A model generated the notes under the pieces. It was not told the origin of the DNA. It did not search any database and saw only the letters and a program-made list of their open reading frames with translations. Positions 29,924-39,407 of a DNA stretch of 64,000 bases are shown in pieces. Numbering within the stretch: the stretch's first letter is position 1; each line of letters begins with the position of its first letter. Source of the DNA: an uncultured Syntrophomonadaceae bacterium (GTDB taxonomy: Bacteria > Bacillota > Dethiobacteria > DTU022). A program made the translations under genes and the position numbers. The stretch spans positions 32,453 to 96,452 of the forward strand of contig CAYXKD010000002.1 in the NCBI GenBank assembly GCA_964464625.1. Direction: 5' to 3'.

Positions 29924-30343
29924 GAAGATGAATTTTTTGCGGGAGAAGTAGTTCCAGAAGAATACGATTCCTGTGGCGGCGACTTTTGAGATCATGTAGT
30001 GCACCTGGAAAATAGAGACAAAGAGATAGAGAAAGAACTCGTTAAAAAGCAGCCCGATGAGGCTGACAAAGAATACCAGGCCTATCTCGAGGTATCTGGT
30101 GTGGCGGCCGCTGCTGAAAACACATTTTATCGAAAGTACATAGTTCACCGCTGTGGAGAAAATGAATGAGAGCGCCGCTGCAAGCAGGTAGTGCATCGCT
30201 CCGTATTTTACCAGGGCCCAGTAGAGCAGCCAGTCGACAAGCGCCGCTGTGGCTCCGACGAAGAAATATTTAATCAGTTGTGTCAGGTTAACCTGTTTTT
30301 CCAGGAAAAGGGCAACTGCGCCTTTTTCTGCGCTGTTATGCAT
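29918..30343 (-). CDS. GtrA-family protein (small polyprenyl-phosphate-sugar flippase-like membrane protein)
   Basis: 141 aa, 4 TM. KYFFVGATAALVDWLLYWAL is the GtrA-family signature region. Confidence 0.8.
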   Translation of the reverse strand: MHNSAEKGAVALFLEKQVNLTQLIKYFFVGATAALVDWLLYWALVKYGAMHYLLAAALSFIFSTAVNYVLSIKCVFSSGRHTRYLEIGLVFFVSLIGLLFNEFFLYLFVSIFQVHYMISKVAATGIVFFWNYFSRKKFIFN

Positions 30344-30361
30344 TTTTGCAGCCTCCCCCAG

Positions 30362-31060
30362 CTAAATCTTTCTTTTAAAGAGGCCGTATTTCAAAATTAC
30401 ATATATCGCCCTGACCCCGTCTTTCCAGCCAATCTTCTTCCCCTCTTCATAGCTCCGCCCGTAATAGGAGATGCCCACCTCGTAGATGCGGCACTTCATC
30501 CTGGCGATCTTGGCCGTGACCTCGGGCTCGAAACCAAACCTGTCCTCTTTTATATCCACACTCTGGATGATTTCGCGCCGGAACATCTTGTAACAGGTCT
30601 CCATATCCGTTAAATTTAAATTTGTAAACATATTGGAGAAGAGGGTGAGAAAGCGGTTGCCCACGTAATGCCAAAAATAGAGGACGCGGTGCGGCCCCCC
30701 GCCCATGAACCTGGAACCGTAGACCACATCGGCTTTTCCTTCAAGGATGGGCTGCATCAGCACAGGGTACTCCGCCGGATCATACTCCAGGTCCGCATCC
30801 TGCACGACGACACAATCACCGCTGACCTCCTTGAATCCCGTTCTCAATGCGGCGCCTTTGCCCATATTCTTTTCATGGTAGAGAACCTTCTCCACAAGGG
30901 GTTCAATTTTCTCTTTCAAAATATCCCTGGTTCCATCAGTGGAATAATCATCGACAACGATTATCTCCAGCTCCTTAACAGGCGACTCCATGATGTCATG
31001 AATGATCTGCTCCACTGTATCTTTTTCATTATATACAGGAACAACGACTGAAAGTTTCAT
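30362..31060 (-). CDS. GT2 polyprenyl-phosphate sugar synthase (GtrB/DPM1/ArnC-like)
   Basis: 232 aa. The N-terminus [10 protein letters not shown], the DDYSTDGT motif and the [12 protein letters not shown] DxD region are typical of GtrB/Dpm1-type GT2. Confidence 0.8.
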   Translation of the reverse strand: MKLSVVVPVYNEKDTVEQIIHDIMESPVKELEIIVVDDYSTDGTRDILKEKIEPLVEKVLYHEKNMGKGAALRTGFKEVSGDCVVVQDADLEYDPAEYPVLMQPILEGKADVVYGSRFMGGGPHRVLYFWHYVGNRFLTLFSNMFTNLNLTDMETCYKMFRREIIQSVDIKEDRFGFEPEVTAKIARMKCRIYEVGISYYGRSYEEGKKIGWKDGVRAIYVILKYGLFKRKI

Positions 31061-31117
31061 AAGCCTGCTCCTTTGCCTGATTTTAATCTCCCACTGAATG
31101 TCCTGCTGCGCCTGATG

Positions 31118-32086
31118 CTATTTCGGCGCCCCCCTCGCAGCAGGCTCACCCAGCTCGCTCTCAAAATAGGCAATAGTCTTTTTCAGTCCTTGCTCCAGTG
31201 GTACCCGCGGCAGCCAGTTCAACTTTTCGCGGGCCAGTGATATATCGGGCTGCCTGCGGCGGGGATCGTCCTGCGGCAGCGGCTGGAAGATCAGTTTCGA
31301 CCTTGAACCGGTAAGCTCCACTATTATTTTCGCCAGTTCATGAATGCTGATCTCCTGGGGGTTGCCCAGGTTCACCGGTCCCGGGAAGTCAAAGGGGGTA
31401 ACCATCATTTTAAGCAACCCCTCAACAAGATCATCCACATAGCAGAATGAACGGGTCTGCGATCCGTCACCAAAAATGGTGATATTGCGATTCTGCAAAG
31501 CCTGGACAATAAAGTTGGAGACCACCCTGCCGTCATCGGGATGCATCCGGGGTCCGTATGTGTTGAAAACCCGCACGATCTTCACCTTGACCCCGTTTTG
31601 ATGATAGTAACCCATAAAAAGGGTCTCTGCACAGCGTTTCCCCTCATCGTAACAGGCCCGGGGACCCACAGGATTTACATTTCCCCAGTAAGTTTCATCC
31701 TGGGGATGGCTTTCGGGATCACCGTACACCTCGCTTGTGGAGCTCTGCAGTATGGCCGCCCCGGTCCGCCGGGCCAGTCCCAGCATATTGATGGAGCCGT
31801 TTATACTGCTCTTTATGGTTTTGATGGGGTTGAACTGATAATGAACAGGAGAAGCAGGACAGGCCAGATTGTATATTTCATCCACTTCTACATATAGGGG
31901 CAAGGTGATATCATGGCGCATCGCTTCAAAATTGCGGTTTCCCAGCAGATCTTCAATGTTTTTCTTCCGCCCTGTAAAATAGCTGTCCACGCATAAAACC
32001 TCGCCGCCCCCTTTGAGCAACCTTTCACAGAGATGCGATCCGATAAACCCTGCACCGCCCGTTACAAGTACCCTTTTCATGGCCAA
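31118..32086 (-). CDS. UDP-glucuronate decarboxylase (UDP-xylose synthase, UXS)
   Basis: 322 aa. [40 protein letters not shown] and [14 protein letters not shown] are hallmark UXS blocks. Confidence 0.9.
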   Translation of the reverse strand: MAMKRVLVTGGAGFIGSHLCERLLKGGGEVLCVDSYFTGRKKNIEDLLGNRNFEAMRHDITLPLYVEVDEIYNLACPASPVHYQFNPIKTIKSSINGSINMLGLARRTGAAILQSSTSEVYGDPESHPQDETYWGNVNPVGPRACYDEGKRCAETLFMGYYHQNGVKVKIVRVFNTYGPRMHPDDGRVVSNFIVQALQNRNITIFGDGSQTRSFCYVDDLVEGLLKMMVTPFDFPGPVNLGNPQEISIHELAKIIVELTGSRSKLIFQPLPQDDPRRRQPDISLAREKLNWLPRVPLEQGLKKTIAYFESELGEPAARGAPK

Positions 32087-32219
32087 ACCTTCTTCCTACT
32101 TTATAGCTGTTCTCCCATAGACAGCGGAAATCCTCTGACTCCCCCCGGGGCTCACCAGGGAACAGCAATGGGGCTCTCCCCTCATCTCCTGCAATGATAG
32201 CCTCTTTCGCCGCCGCTCC

Positions 32220-33503
32220 CTAGACCCCGGGTGCATTGAAAAAGCTTTCCACCTTCTTGCCGCTGTAGAAACACTGGTCCGACCATAAATAATCCCATTC
32301 CCCGAACCTGCCGATGGGCAGGATATCCAGAGAAGCGAGATATTTATGGACCTTCTCCCTGCGCGGCAGCATCCCCTGATCAAAAACCACATTGCCGTAA
32401 GGGAGTATGCGAAAATCGGTAAGTGAAATATCATCCCTTGAAGCGAAATTCATCTTCCTGATGATATCGACAACATGTTCGATCATCGCTCCATCAGTGC
32501 CCGGCAGAGGCTTCTGCTCTGAAAAATAGATCTCAAACTGCAGCGAGCTGCAGCCCGCTGGAACATTGTCGGGAGATTTAATACTGGGCGAGTAGACCCG
32601 CGCGGGCAGCATTTCCGGATCATAGATATAGAACCAGAGGTGATCCCCGGCCCGGGGAACCTTAAATCCCACCGAAACAATAGCCACAGAGGTGGCCCAG
32701 AGCCGCGCCGCCGCCTCCCTGACCTCCCCGGGGGCATCTTTGATCATAGGAATCAGATCAGGCAGGGGAATGCTGGTGGCAAGATTCTCATAATAGCATT
32801 TTTCTCCATCTGAAAACTGCACATACTTTTTCGCCGCATCGATCAGAAGAGCCTTCTTCTCCGTCCGGATATCCAGTCCCGAGGCCGCCGCCTCCAGAAA
32901 AGCGCGAAATCCCCCTTTTTTGGGATAGCGCATCTTTTTAAAATAGTAGAGCGCAGGGGTCTCGTCAGTCATCGCCCCGAAAAGCACCTCGTCAAGATCC
33001 GGACAATACATGCGCTGCCCGATCCAGTCCGTTGTGAGCCTCTCCGCCCCCACTGTCCAGTATTTTTTGGTATAGACTTCAGGGTAACGCTCCGCAATTA
33101 CCCCCCCATACTGCCCCAGCAGCCATTCCCGGTAATTGCCGGGCTCCTCAAAGTGCGGCCGCTCCACAAAACTGCGGATAGCCTCCACCTTCTCCAAAAC
33201 AGGCAGCGGGTAAAGATTGTTCTGCACCGGATGTTTGAGCCATCGGCCCCGTTCATAATTATAGGGATTGGACTCATGCTCCAGGTAGTCAACGCGATAA
33301 AATATCTTGCTAAGGTAGGGATCATCGGTAAAAGCAAAATGGACGGCATGATCAAAACGGAAACCGTCAATTGTAAAATTGTCAGCCAGGCCGCCCCAGC
33401 GGGGCCGCGCCTCGTAAATCACCGCTTCCCTTCCCAGTTTCCCTGCATGGTAAGCGGCGGAAATCCCCGCCACCCCCCCTCCCAGGACCATCAGTTCCAC
33501 CAT
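32220..33503 (-). CDS. FAD-dependent UDP-galactopyranose mutase family (Glf-like) protein
   Basis: 427 aa. The N-terminal GGGVAGISAAY Rossmann fold, the GGLADNFTIDGFRFDHAVHFAFT block and C-terminal GRFGEWDYLWSDQ resemble the Glf pattern. Substrate unknown. Confidence 0.55.
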   Translation of the reverse strand: MVELMVLGGGVAGISAAYHAGKLGREAVIYEARPRWGGLADNFTIDGFRFDHAVHFAFTDDPYLSKIFYRVDYLEHESNPYNYERGRWLKHPVQNNLYPLPVLEKVEAIRSFVERPHFEEPGNYREWLLGQYGGVIAERYPEVYTKKYWTVGAERLTTDWIGQRMYCPDLDEVLFGAMTDETPALYYFKKMRYPKKGGFRAFLEAAASGLDIRTEKKALLIDAAKKYVQFSDGEKCYYENLATSIPLPDLIPMIKDAPGEVREAAARLWATSVAIVSVGFKVPRAGDHLWFYIYDPEMLPARVYSPSIKSPDNVPAGCSSLQFEIYFSEQKPLPGTDGAMIEHVVDIIRKMNFASRDDISLTDFRILPYGNVVFDQGMLPRREKVHKYLASLDILPIGRFGEWDYLWSDQCFYSGKKVESFFNAPGV

Positions 33504-33519
33504 TGCTGCCTCCTCCGGA

Positions 33520-34206
33520 TTACATTTTAAGTCCCCTTAATTCCTCCAGATTCTTCCTATCAACCTCTTTCTGAAAGAGGCTCACCTTCTCCCTGATCAG
33601 CTGAGGCGGCAGGTCCCACCATTCTATCTGCAGCAGCCGCTCAATGGTCTCTTCATCAAAGCGGTATTTCACCGTGGCCGCCGGCACCCCCACGGCAACA
33701 GCATAGGGAGGAATATCCCCGGTGACAACGGCACCCGCCCCGATAACGGCACCGTGGCCGATGCTCACTCCGGGCATAATCACGCAATTGCATCCCAGCC
33801 AGACATCATGACCGATATGGACCCTCCCTCCGGCCGGGCCCATTTTTTCCACAAAGCCGTGCCTGGGATCATAGGGAAAAGAGTGGGTCGTCACAATTCC
33901 ATGGGGATGATTTGTCGCCCCTATGGTTACATTCCAGGATATAGAGCAAAACTTGCCCAGCACCGCCTCTGCAACCCTGCTGTTTTTCCCCACATAACTG
34001 TAATCGCCGATAACAGAATTGATTACCTGCGAATAAGAAACAAGCCCCACATTCTTTCCCAGCACCGAATTCTCTATGTCAACGTAAGGATCTATGAACA
34101 CACCGCTCTTGATATAAGCGCGGTATTTAATCCTCTGCCAGAGCGGGTTGGGCATGATATATTCCAGGATTCTCTTCAGCCTCATAAGCGCCTCCTTCAT
34201 CCCCAC
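33520..34206 (-). CDS. Hexapeptide-repeat O-acetyltransferase (CatB/Vat-like)
   Basis: 228 aa. The left-handed beta-helix hexapeptide repeats and PHG/W-rich blocks are typical of the xenobiotic/sugar acetyltransferase family. Confidence 0.8.
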   Translation of the reverse strand: MGMKEALMRLKRILEYIMPNPLWQRIKYRAYIKSGVFIDPYVDIENSVLGKNVGLVSYSQVINSVIGDYSYVGKNSRVAEAVLGKFCSISWNVTIGATNHPHGIVTTHSFPYDPRHGFVEKMGPAGGRVHIGHDVWLGCNCVIMPGVSIGHGAVIGAGAVVTGDIPPYAVAVGVPAATVKYRFDEETIERLLQIEWWDLPPQLIREKVSLFQKEVDRKNLEELRGLKM

Positions 34207-34224
34207 CTTCTGCAGCAGAAAAAA

Positions 34225-36114
34225 TCACCCTATATATTCCTGCCACCAGAGAGCAAAGTTCATCAGGTACCAGGCTTTCTGGGCCCGCCCCTCCTCTATA
34301 ATCCGCTCTGTCTCCGCCCCGTCAAAGAAATCGCTCTGCTTATTCAATTCATTCATTGCCCGGCGGATCACCGGATCAAGGTAATCGTAGAACCATTCCG
34401 TAACCGGCAGAGCCAGCCCCTGCTTCTTCCTCTTGACAAGCATAGGGGGAAGAAGACCCTGCACCGCTTTCTTAAGAATATACTTCAGCTGCCCCTCTTT
34501 TACCTTCATCTTCTGGGGGATACTCAGGGCAAGGGTCACAAAAAGGGGGTCCAGAAAGGGGGCCCTCGCCTCAACGCCGCAGGCGGCTGTCATTTTATCG
34601 AGGCGCATGAGCTGCAGCTCCGGCAGGCGCAGATTCAGATCAAGGTAGGTCATCCAGTTGGGAACAGTTTTTTCCCAGGCCCTCTCCTCAAAACGGCGGT
34701 AAAGGGGCTGCAGCGCCTCCCAGGCGCTGTAGCCTTTGAATTCGCGGCGCAGCCGCGGCGAAAAGAGCCTCTCCTTCTGCCGGTCCGTGTATGCCTCCAT
34801 GCTCCAGTACAGCGGCAATCCTTCTATGCCGCGGCGCAGCCATTCATGATAGCAGGTCTCATCCCGGCCCAGCAGCTCCAGGCCGCGCAGGCCCGCCCCC
34901 TTCAAAATGCGGGGAATGGGGAGACGGTTCAGCTTCTCCAGCCGGTAAAAGGTTCTCCAGCTGGGATAACCCCAGAAAAGCTCGTCAGCCCCCTCGCCCA
35001 CCTGGCAATCAAAGGTGTCATTTTCAGCAGCCAGGCTGGCCAGGTAGTAGGTGGGGACACAGGCGGGATCGGCAATGGGCTCATCCTGCAGCCGGATCAT
35101 CCGGGGAATAAAAGAGACAAGCTTCCCCTCATCAATGAAACACTCGTGGTGCTCCGTCCCCTTTGCCTCCGCCATGATACGGGCGTATAAGAATTCATTG
35201 TCAAAAGAGTTCCCGCCGCCTTCATAACCTACGGTAAAGCTCCTCACCGGCCCCCTCCCATCTTCGGTGAGCAGGGCTGTCAGGATGCTGGAATCAAGCC
35301 CGCCCGAAAGAAAGACCCCTGCAGCCTCTCCCTCCGGTTTCTGCATCAGGGCAACGCGGCGCAGCTCATCCAGGACCATGGCGGCAATCTCCTTTTCAGA
35401 GAGATTGCCCAGAGAGATTCTCTGATCCCAGGCATCCCAGTAAGGCCGCTCCACCATGGAGCCCTCTGCGCTCACCTTGAGCTCTCTGGCAGAGGGAAGC
35501 TTCTTGATCCCCTTGAACATCGTCTGCGGGGCCGGTGATATCAAAAAGGATAGATAATGAAAAAGAGCCAGCTCGTCAACTTCGCGAAGCTGACCGGGGT
35601 CTTGAAGCAGCGCCTTAATCTCCGATGCAAAAGTAATCCTGCCGTGATGGATACTGTAATAAAGCGGTTTCAGCCCCAGGGGGTCGCGGACCAGGAGCAG
35701 CTCTCTCTCCGCGCCGTCCCAGAGGGCAAAAGCATAGGCCCCCCTGAATTTCTCCAGGCAGCGGGCGCCCCACTGCTCATAAGCGCTCAGAATCACCTCC
35801 GCCGCGGAGCATCCCCCGGAAAAAGATCTGCCCCCGCTTTTCTCAATCTCCTCTGCAATGAAGGCGCGATTATAGATCTCTCCGTCGCAGGCGACCCAAA
35901 GGCGGCCCCCTTTGCGGCTCGCCGCAGGCGGCGCAGCCTCTGCACCCCCCCCGGCCCGGCCCAGCTGCACCAGCCCGAACTTTTTATCATCCGCGACGCG
36001 TAACCAGGAAGCGGCGCCCCGGTGGATAATGGGTCGGGCCATCTGCTCCAAATAGGGCTCATCTAGTTCAAAAGAGGAGCGCTCGAATACCAGCGCCCCG
36101 GCAATACCGCCCAT
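34225..36114 (-). CDS. Asparagine synthase (glutamine-hydrolysing)-like amidotransferase. The N-terminal nucleophile Cys is replaced by Gly.
   Basis: 629 aa. The AsnB synthetase domain (SGGLDSS PP-loop) is intact. The N-terminus reads ATG GGC GGT ATT GCC (MGGIAG), not MCGIAG. Confidence 0.85.
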   Translation of the reverse strand: MGGIAGALVFERSSFELDEPYLEQMARPIIHRGAASWLRVADDKKFGLVQLGRAGGGAEAAPPAASRKGGRLWVACDGEIYNRAFIAEEIEKSGGRSFSGGCSAAEVILSAYEQWGARCLEKFRGAYAFALWDGAERELLLVRDPLGLKPLYYSIHHGRITFASEIKALLQDPGQLREVDELALFHYLSFLISPAPQTMFKGIKKLPSARELKVSAEGSMVERPYWDAWDQRISLGNLSEKEIAAMVLDELRRVALMQKPEGEAAGVFLSGGLDSSILTALLTEDGRGPVRSFTVGYEGGGNSFDNEFLYARIMAEAKGTEHHECFIDEGKLVSFIPRMIRLQDEPIADPACVPTYYLASLAAENDTFDCQVGEGADELFWGYPSWRTFYRLEKLNRLPIPRILKGAGLRGLELLGRDETCYHEWLRRGIEGLPLYWSMEAYTDRQKERLFSPRLRREFKGYSAWEALQPLYRRFEERAWEKTVPNWMTYLDLNLRLPELQLMRLDKMTAACGVEARAPFLDPLFVTLALSIPQKMKVKEGQLKYILKKAVQGLLPPMLVKRKKQGLALPVTEWFYDYLDPVIRRAMNELNKQSDFFDGAETERIIEEGRAQKAWYLMNFALWWQEYIG

Positions 36115-36190
36115 TGCTGATCCCTCACAGCTTAAATTTATCTATCTATAAGTAAAACCCCCTGCTGCACCGGCATGCTCCGGCAGGCTC

Positions 36191-37933
36191 TCAGGGTTCC
36201 TCCTCCCCTCCCGGTTCCTGCCCGCCCGGATCTTCCTCGCCGGGCTCTTCTTCACCGGGCTCTTCCCCACCGGGATCTTCTCCACCGGGATCTTCCCCGC
36301 CTTCACTTACTGTAACCGTGCACTTTGCTGAAAAATCCCCCTCTTCGGTGAGAACAGTGATCACAGCCTTACCCACCCCCACAGGGGTCACCAGGCCATT
36401 AGGATCAACAACAGCCACGGCGGGATTGTCTGAAGACCACGTCACATTTTTATTGGCGGCAGTTTTCGGGCTCACTGTGGCGATAAGCTTCATCCCTCCC
36501 CCACCCATGAAGAGCGTTACAGTTTTGGGAAGCAGGGTGACACCGGTCACGGTGGTCCCGGTGGTCCCGCCGTCAGCCAGCGACACCGTTAAAGCGACGG
36601 GAGTCCCCTCGGCACGGAAGTGGCGCACCAGAAGCCGGTAAGTGTAAATCTTGCCCGCGGTAACAGCACTATCCTTGTAGAAGGTATCCTCAGTCCCCTC
36701 CGCCAGGAGTATCTCATCACCGCCGGCAGAGCTCCGGTAGAGATTGTACACCACCTTTTTGGTATCCCCGGGCGACCATGAAAGGAATATGGCCGGTTTG
36801 CCCTCCAGATCCTCAATGGAGTAGACAAATTCTGCCGGGGGCGGCGGCGGAGTATCCCGGAGCACATCGGTAGGCCACTGCTCAGTGTTGAAACCGAACA
36901 CCTCCCTGATAAGCTGTACCCGGTAGCTCTGGTTGAGAGCCCAGTACCAGATGCCGTCCTTTGTCTGGCTGCTCCCCAGCAGCGTGTATGTCTTGACGGT
37001 ATCTTCTGTCTTCTCAAATGTGCTGGCATAATAAGCCAGGGCAGCGATCTGCTTGTAGCTCAGGTTTGTATGAACATGATCTTTGTACACCCGGTAAGTA
37101 ACAGGGATATATTTAAAGCGCCCCTGCTCCTTAAAGTGATCAAAAGCAGCCAGGAGCAAATCCATCTGGCGGTTAATTCTGCCGATATCCTGGCCCGTGG
37201 CATCTTCCCGGTAACGGGCATAGGTTAAGAAGCTAATCCCATCGAGATCCTGCAGCCCCTCGAAAAGGATCACATTCCCCTGTTTGTCGTAAATCCTTTT
37301 CTCCACCTTGTAATGAACACCGCCCATGGCATCAACAAGCTGAATTACGGCATCCATGGAGACAGAAACATAGTAGTGAATGGGGATGCCCCCCAGCACA
37401 TGGCTTACAGTCTGAAGCGTTGTATTCAGGCCGGCATCATCCTTATCCTTGCCCGTCCCGTAAAAATAACCGTGGAAAAAGGAATGGTTGATCTTATCCT
37501 TCACGTTTCTGCCGTGTATGGGCACATAGGAATCCCGGGGAACGCGGATAAACTTTACACTGTTCTCCTTAAAGTCAACAGCAGCCACAAGGATGACATC
37601 GGGGAGGAAAAGATAGGCATATTCCTCCCGAAACTGGTCGCGGTCAAAGCCCAGCAGGGCAATATTGACGGTTTTCTGGGAAAACTGCTTATCCACATTC
37701 TCATCAGGGGCAAACTCATATTCAGGATTCCCCAGCACTATCTCCGGATGAACTATCTGGTATATATTTACAAGAACATAAGCCGCACCTGCAAGCAGTA
37801 TAAGCCCCAGTGCCGCTCCCAGGATTATTTTTCTGTGCTTTTTAAACCAATTTTCCGGCACCGGCCCCAAATTTTTATCCTCCCCCCCATTTTTATCTAT
37901 TGTATTATTTTTCTCTGTCAAAGTTAAACCCAC
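36191..37933 (-). CDS. LCP family protein with a C-terminal Big_2 (bacterial Ig-like) domain and an acidic GE-rich tail (third LCP paralog)
   Basis: 580 aa. LCP blocks (NIALLGFDRD, ILVAAVDF, FIRVPRDSYV). C-terminal VTWSSDNPAVAVVDPNGLVTPVGVGKAVITV is a Big_2 signature. The tail is (GGEDP/GEEEP)n. Confidence 0.8.
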   Translation of the reverse strand: MGLTLTEKNNTIDKNGGEDKNLGPVPENWFKKHRKIILGAALGLILLAGAAYVLVNIYQIVHPEIVLGNPEYEFAPDENVDKQFSQKTVNIALLGFDRDQFREEYAYLFLPDVILVAAVDFKENSVKFIRVPRDSYVPIHGRNVKDKINHSFFHGYFYGTGKDKDDAGLNTTLQTVSHVLGGIPIHYYVSVSMDAVIQLVDAMGGVHYKVEKRIYDKQGNVILFEGLQDLDGISFLTYARYREDATGQDIGRINRQMDLLLAAFDHFKEQGRFKYIPVTYRVYKDHVHTNLSYKQIAALAYYASTFEKTEDTVKTYTLLGSSQTKDGIWYWALNQSYRVQLIREVFGFNTEQWPTDVLRDTPPPPPAEFVYSIEDLEGKPAIFLSWSPGDTKKVVYNLYRSSAGGDEILLAEGTEDTFYKDSAVTAGKIYTYRLLVRHFRAEGTPVALTVSLADGGTTGTTVTGVTLLPKTVTLFMGGGGMKLIATVSPKTAANKNVTWSSDNPAVAVVDPNGLVTPVGVGKAVITVLTEEGDFSAKCTVTVSEGGEDPGGEDPGGEEPGEEEPGEEDPGGQEPGGEEEP

Positions 37934-37965
37934 CTTCCTTCCGGTGATTGGCCCCTTGCAGCAAA

Positions 37966-39354
37966 CTACTCTATTTTACCTTTAACAATGAGATCCTGCC
38001 CTTTCCCAACCTTTACCCCCTGTGCGGAGCTCTTGTTGAAAAGAGCGGGAATTGTTGACAGGATAATTTTTAAATCCAGCAAAAGTGAATAAGCGGAAAT
38101 ATAATAGAGATCATAGCGCAGCTTATCCTTTGTTTCAGAGGAATAGTAGCCTGCCACCTGGGCCATGCCGGTGATGCCGGGTTTGACAAGATGGCGCAGG
38201 GCATATTCCGCAATCTCCCTGGTAAACTGATCCACAAAGTAGGGCCGTTCAGGGCGGGGCCCCACAAAGCTGAGATCGCCTTTCAAAACATTGAAGAGCT
38301 GGGGCAGCTCATCAAGACGGCTCGCCCGTAAAAAACGGCCCACAGGGGTAACGCGATCATCATCTTCAGTGGCAAAAACAGGACCGCTTTCCTCTTCAGC
38401 GCGATCCACCATGGTCCTGAATTTATAGAGCGTAAATATTTTCCCATTGAGCCCCACCCGCTCCTGGCGGTATATGACCGGCCCCGGTGAACTCAGTTTT
38501 ACCACCACGGAGATAATGACGAGCACAGGAAATGTTATTATCAGCAAGAGCGCCGTGACTGCAAGATCAAGCACCCTTTTTGCAAATGCCTGGGGAAAAG
38601 AGAGCTGCATGAGATGGCATTCCAGCAGCGGTGTATCCTCAATCTGGGTAAAAGTGGACCGCGCCAGAATGATTTCATAAAGATCGGGAACGATGAAAAC
38701 CTCTTTCATCCCGTCAAAACTGTAACGGATAATCCTGTTTTTAAGCTCCATATCGAGGCTCCCGGCGATCATAACGGCATCGATCCGGTTGATCCACCTT
38801 GAAATCTGTTCCCACTCTTCCGGTTCAAGAACCTGCACAATCTCAAACATGCCCTGCGGCAGTCCAATGAGCTTCTCAAGAGCCTGTTTGACCTCTTCAA
38901 AATGACCGATGACCAGCAGTTTTTTCTGGCCGTGAATCCACATTTCCAGGCGCCAGTGCAGCACCCGCCAGGCCAGAAGGAGCGCCGTCTGTAAAAGCAG
39001 CGCAATAAGGAAAACGGTGCGGGGAAAGGCGAACCCCCTTAACCAGAAGGTGATGACCATGCTGCAAAGGGTCAGCCCTGCAGATACCGTCAGCACGGCA
39101 CGCAGGATAGGCATAAAACCGTTAAACTGCTTGGAGTAGAGGTCCAGGGCATGCAGCAAAATCACCGCCGCCAGGGAGAGCCAGGGCGCCATCTGTAAAA
39201 AAGGGCCCACATTAAATTCGGGTATATTGCCCAAGAAACGCATCGTAAAAGAGAGGTAAAAGGCAAGATTTACCAGTGCCACATCAAGGGCCATCACCAT
39301 GATCACAGGGATACCCCTGATTTTTCTCCTTTGTAATCCCTTATCTTCGCCCAT
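37966..39354 (-). CDS. Polyprenyl-phosphate hexose-1-phosphate transferase (bacterial sugar transferase, WbaP/CpsE-like priming enzyme)
   Basis: 462 aa. The C-terminal Bac_transf domain carries KRVLDLAV, VGLNGKIFTLYKFRTM, DELPQLFNVLKGDMSxVGPRP and PGITGxAQV motifs. The N-terminus has 4-5 TM. Confidence 0.85.
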   Translation of the reverse strand: MGEDKGLQRRKIRGIPVIMVMALDVALVNLAFYLSFTMRFLGNIPEFNVGPFLQMAPWLSLAAVILLHALDLYSKQFNGFMPILRAVLTVSAGLTLCSMVITFWLRGFAFPRTVFLIALLLQTALLLAWRVLHWRLEMWIHGQKKLLVIGHFEEVKQALEKLIGLPQGMFEIVQVLEPEEWEQISRWINRIDAVMIAGSLDMELKNRIIRYSFDGMKEVFIVPDLYEIILARSTFTQIEDTPLLECHLMQLSFPQAFAKRVLDLAVTALLLIITFPVLVIISVVVKLSSPGPVIYRQERVGLNGKIFTLYKFRTMVDRAEEESGPVFATEDDDRVTPVGRFLRASRLDELPQLFNVLKGDLSFVGPRPERPYFVDQFTREIAEYALRHLVKPGITGMAQVAGYYSSETKDKLRYDLYYISAYSLLLDLKIILSTIPALFNKSSAQGVKVGKGQDLIVKGKIE

Positions 39355-39407
39355 GGCTTAACTCTCACTTTCCAAAATCGCAAGCAGGGTACTTCTATTC
39401 CAGCGCT

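Noticed and set aside
33754-35190. 478-aa plus-strand ORF
   Set aside because: It is antisense to the acetyltransferase and AsnB-like genes. The translation is a His/Pro/Arg-rich low-complexity product typical of spurious GC-rich frames.
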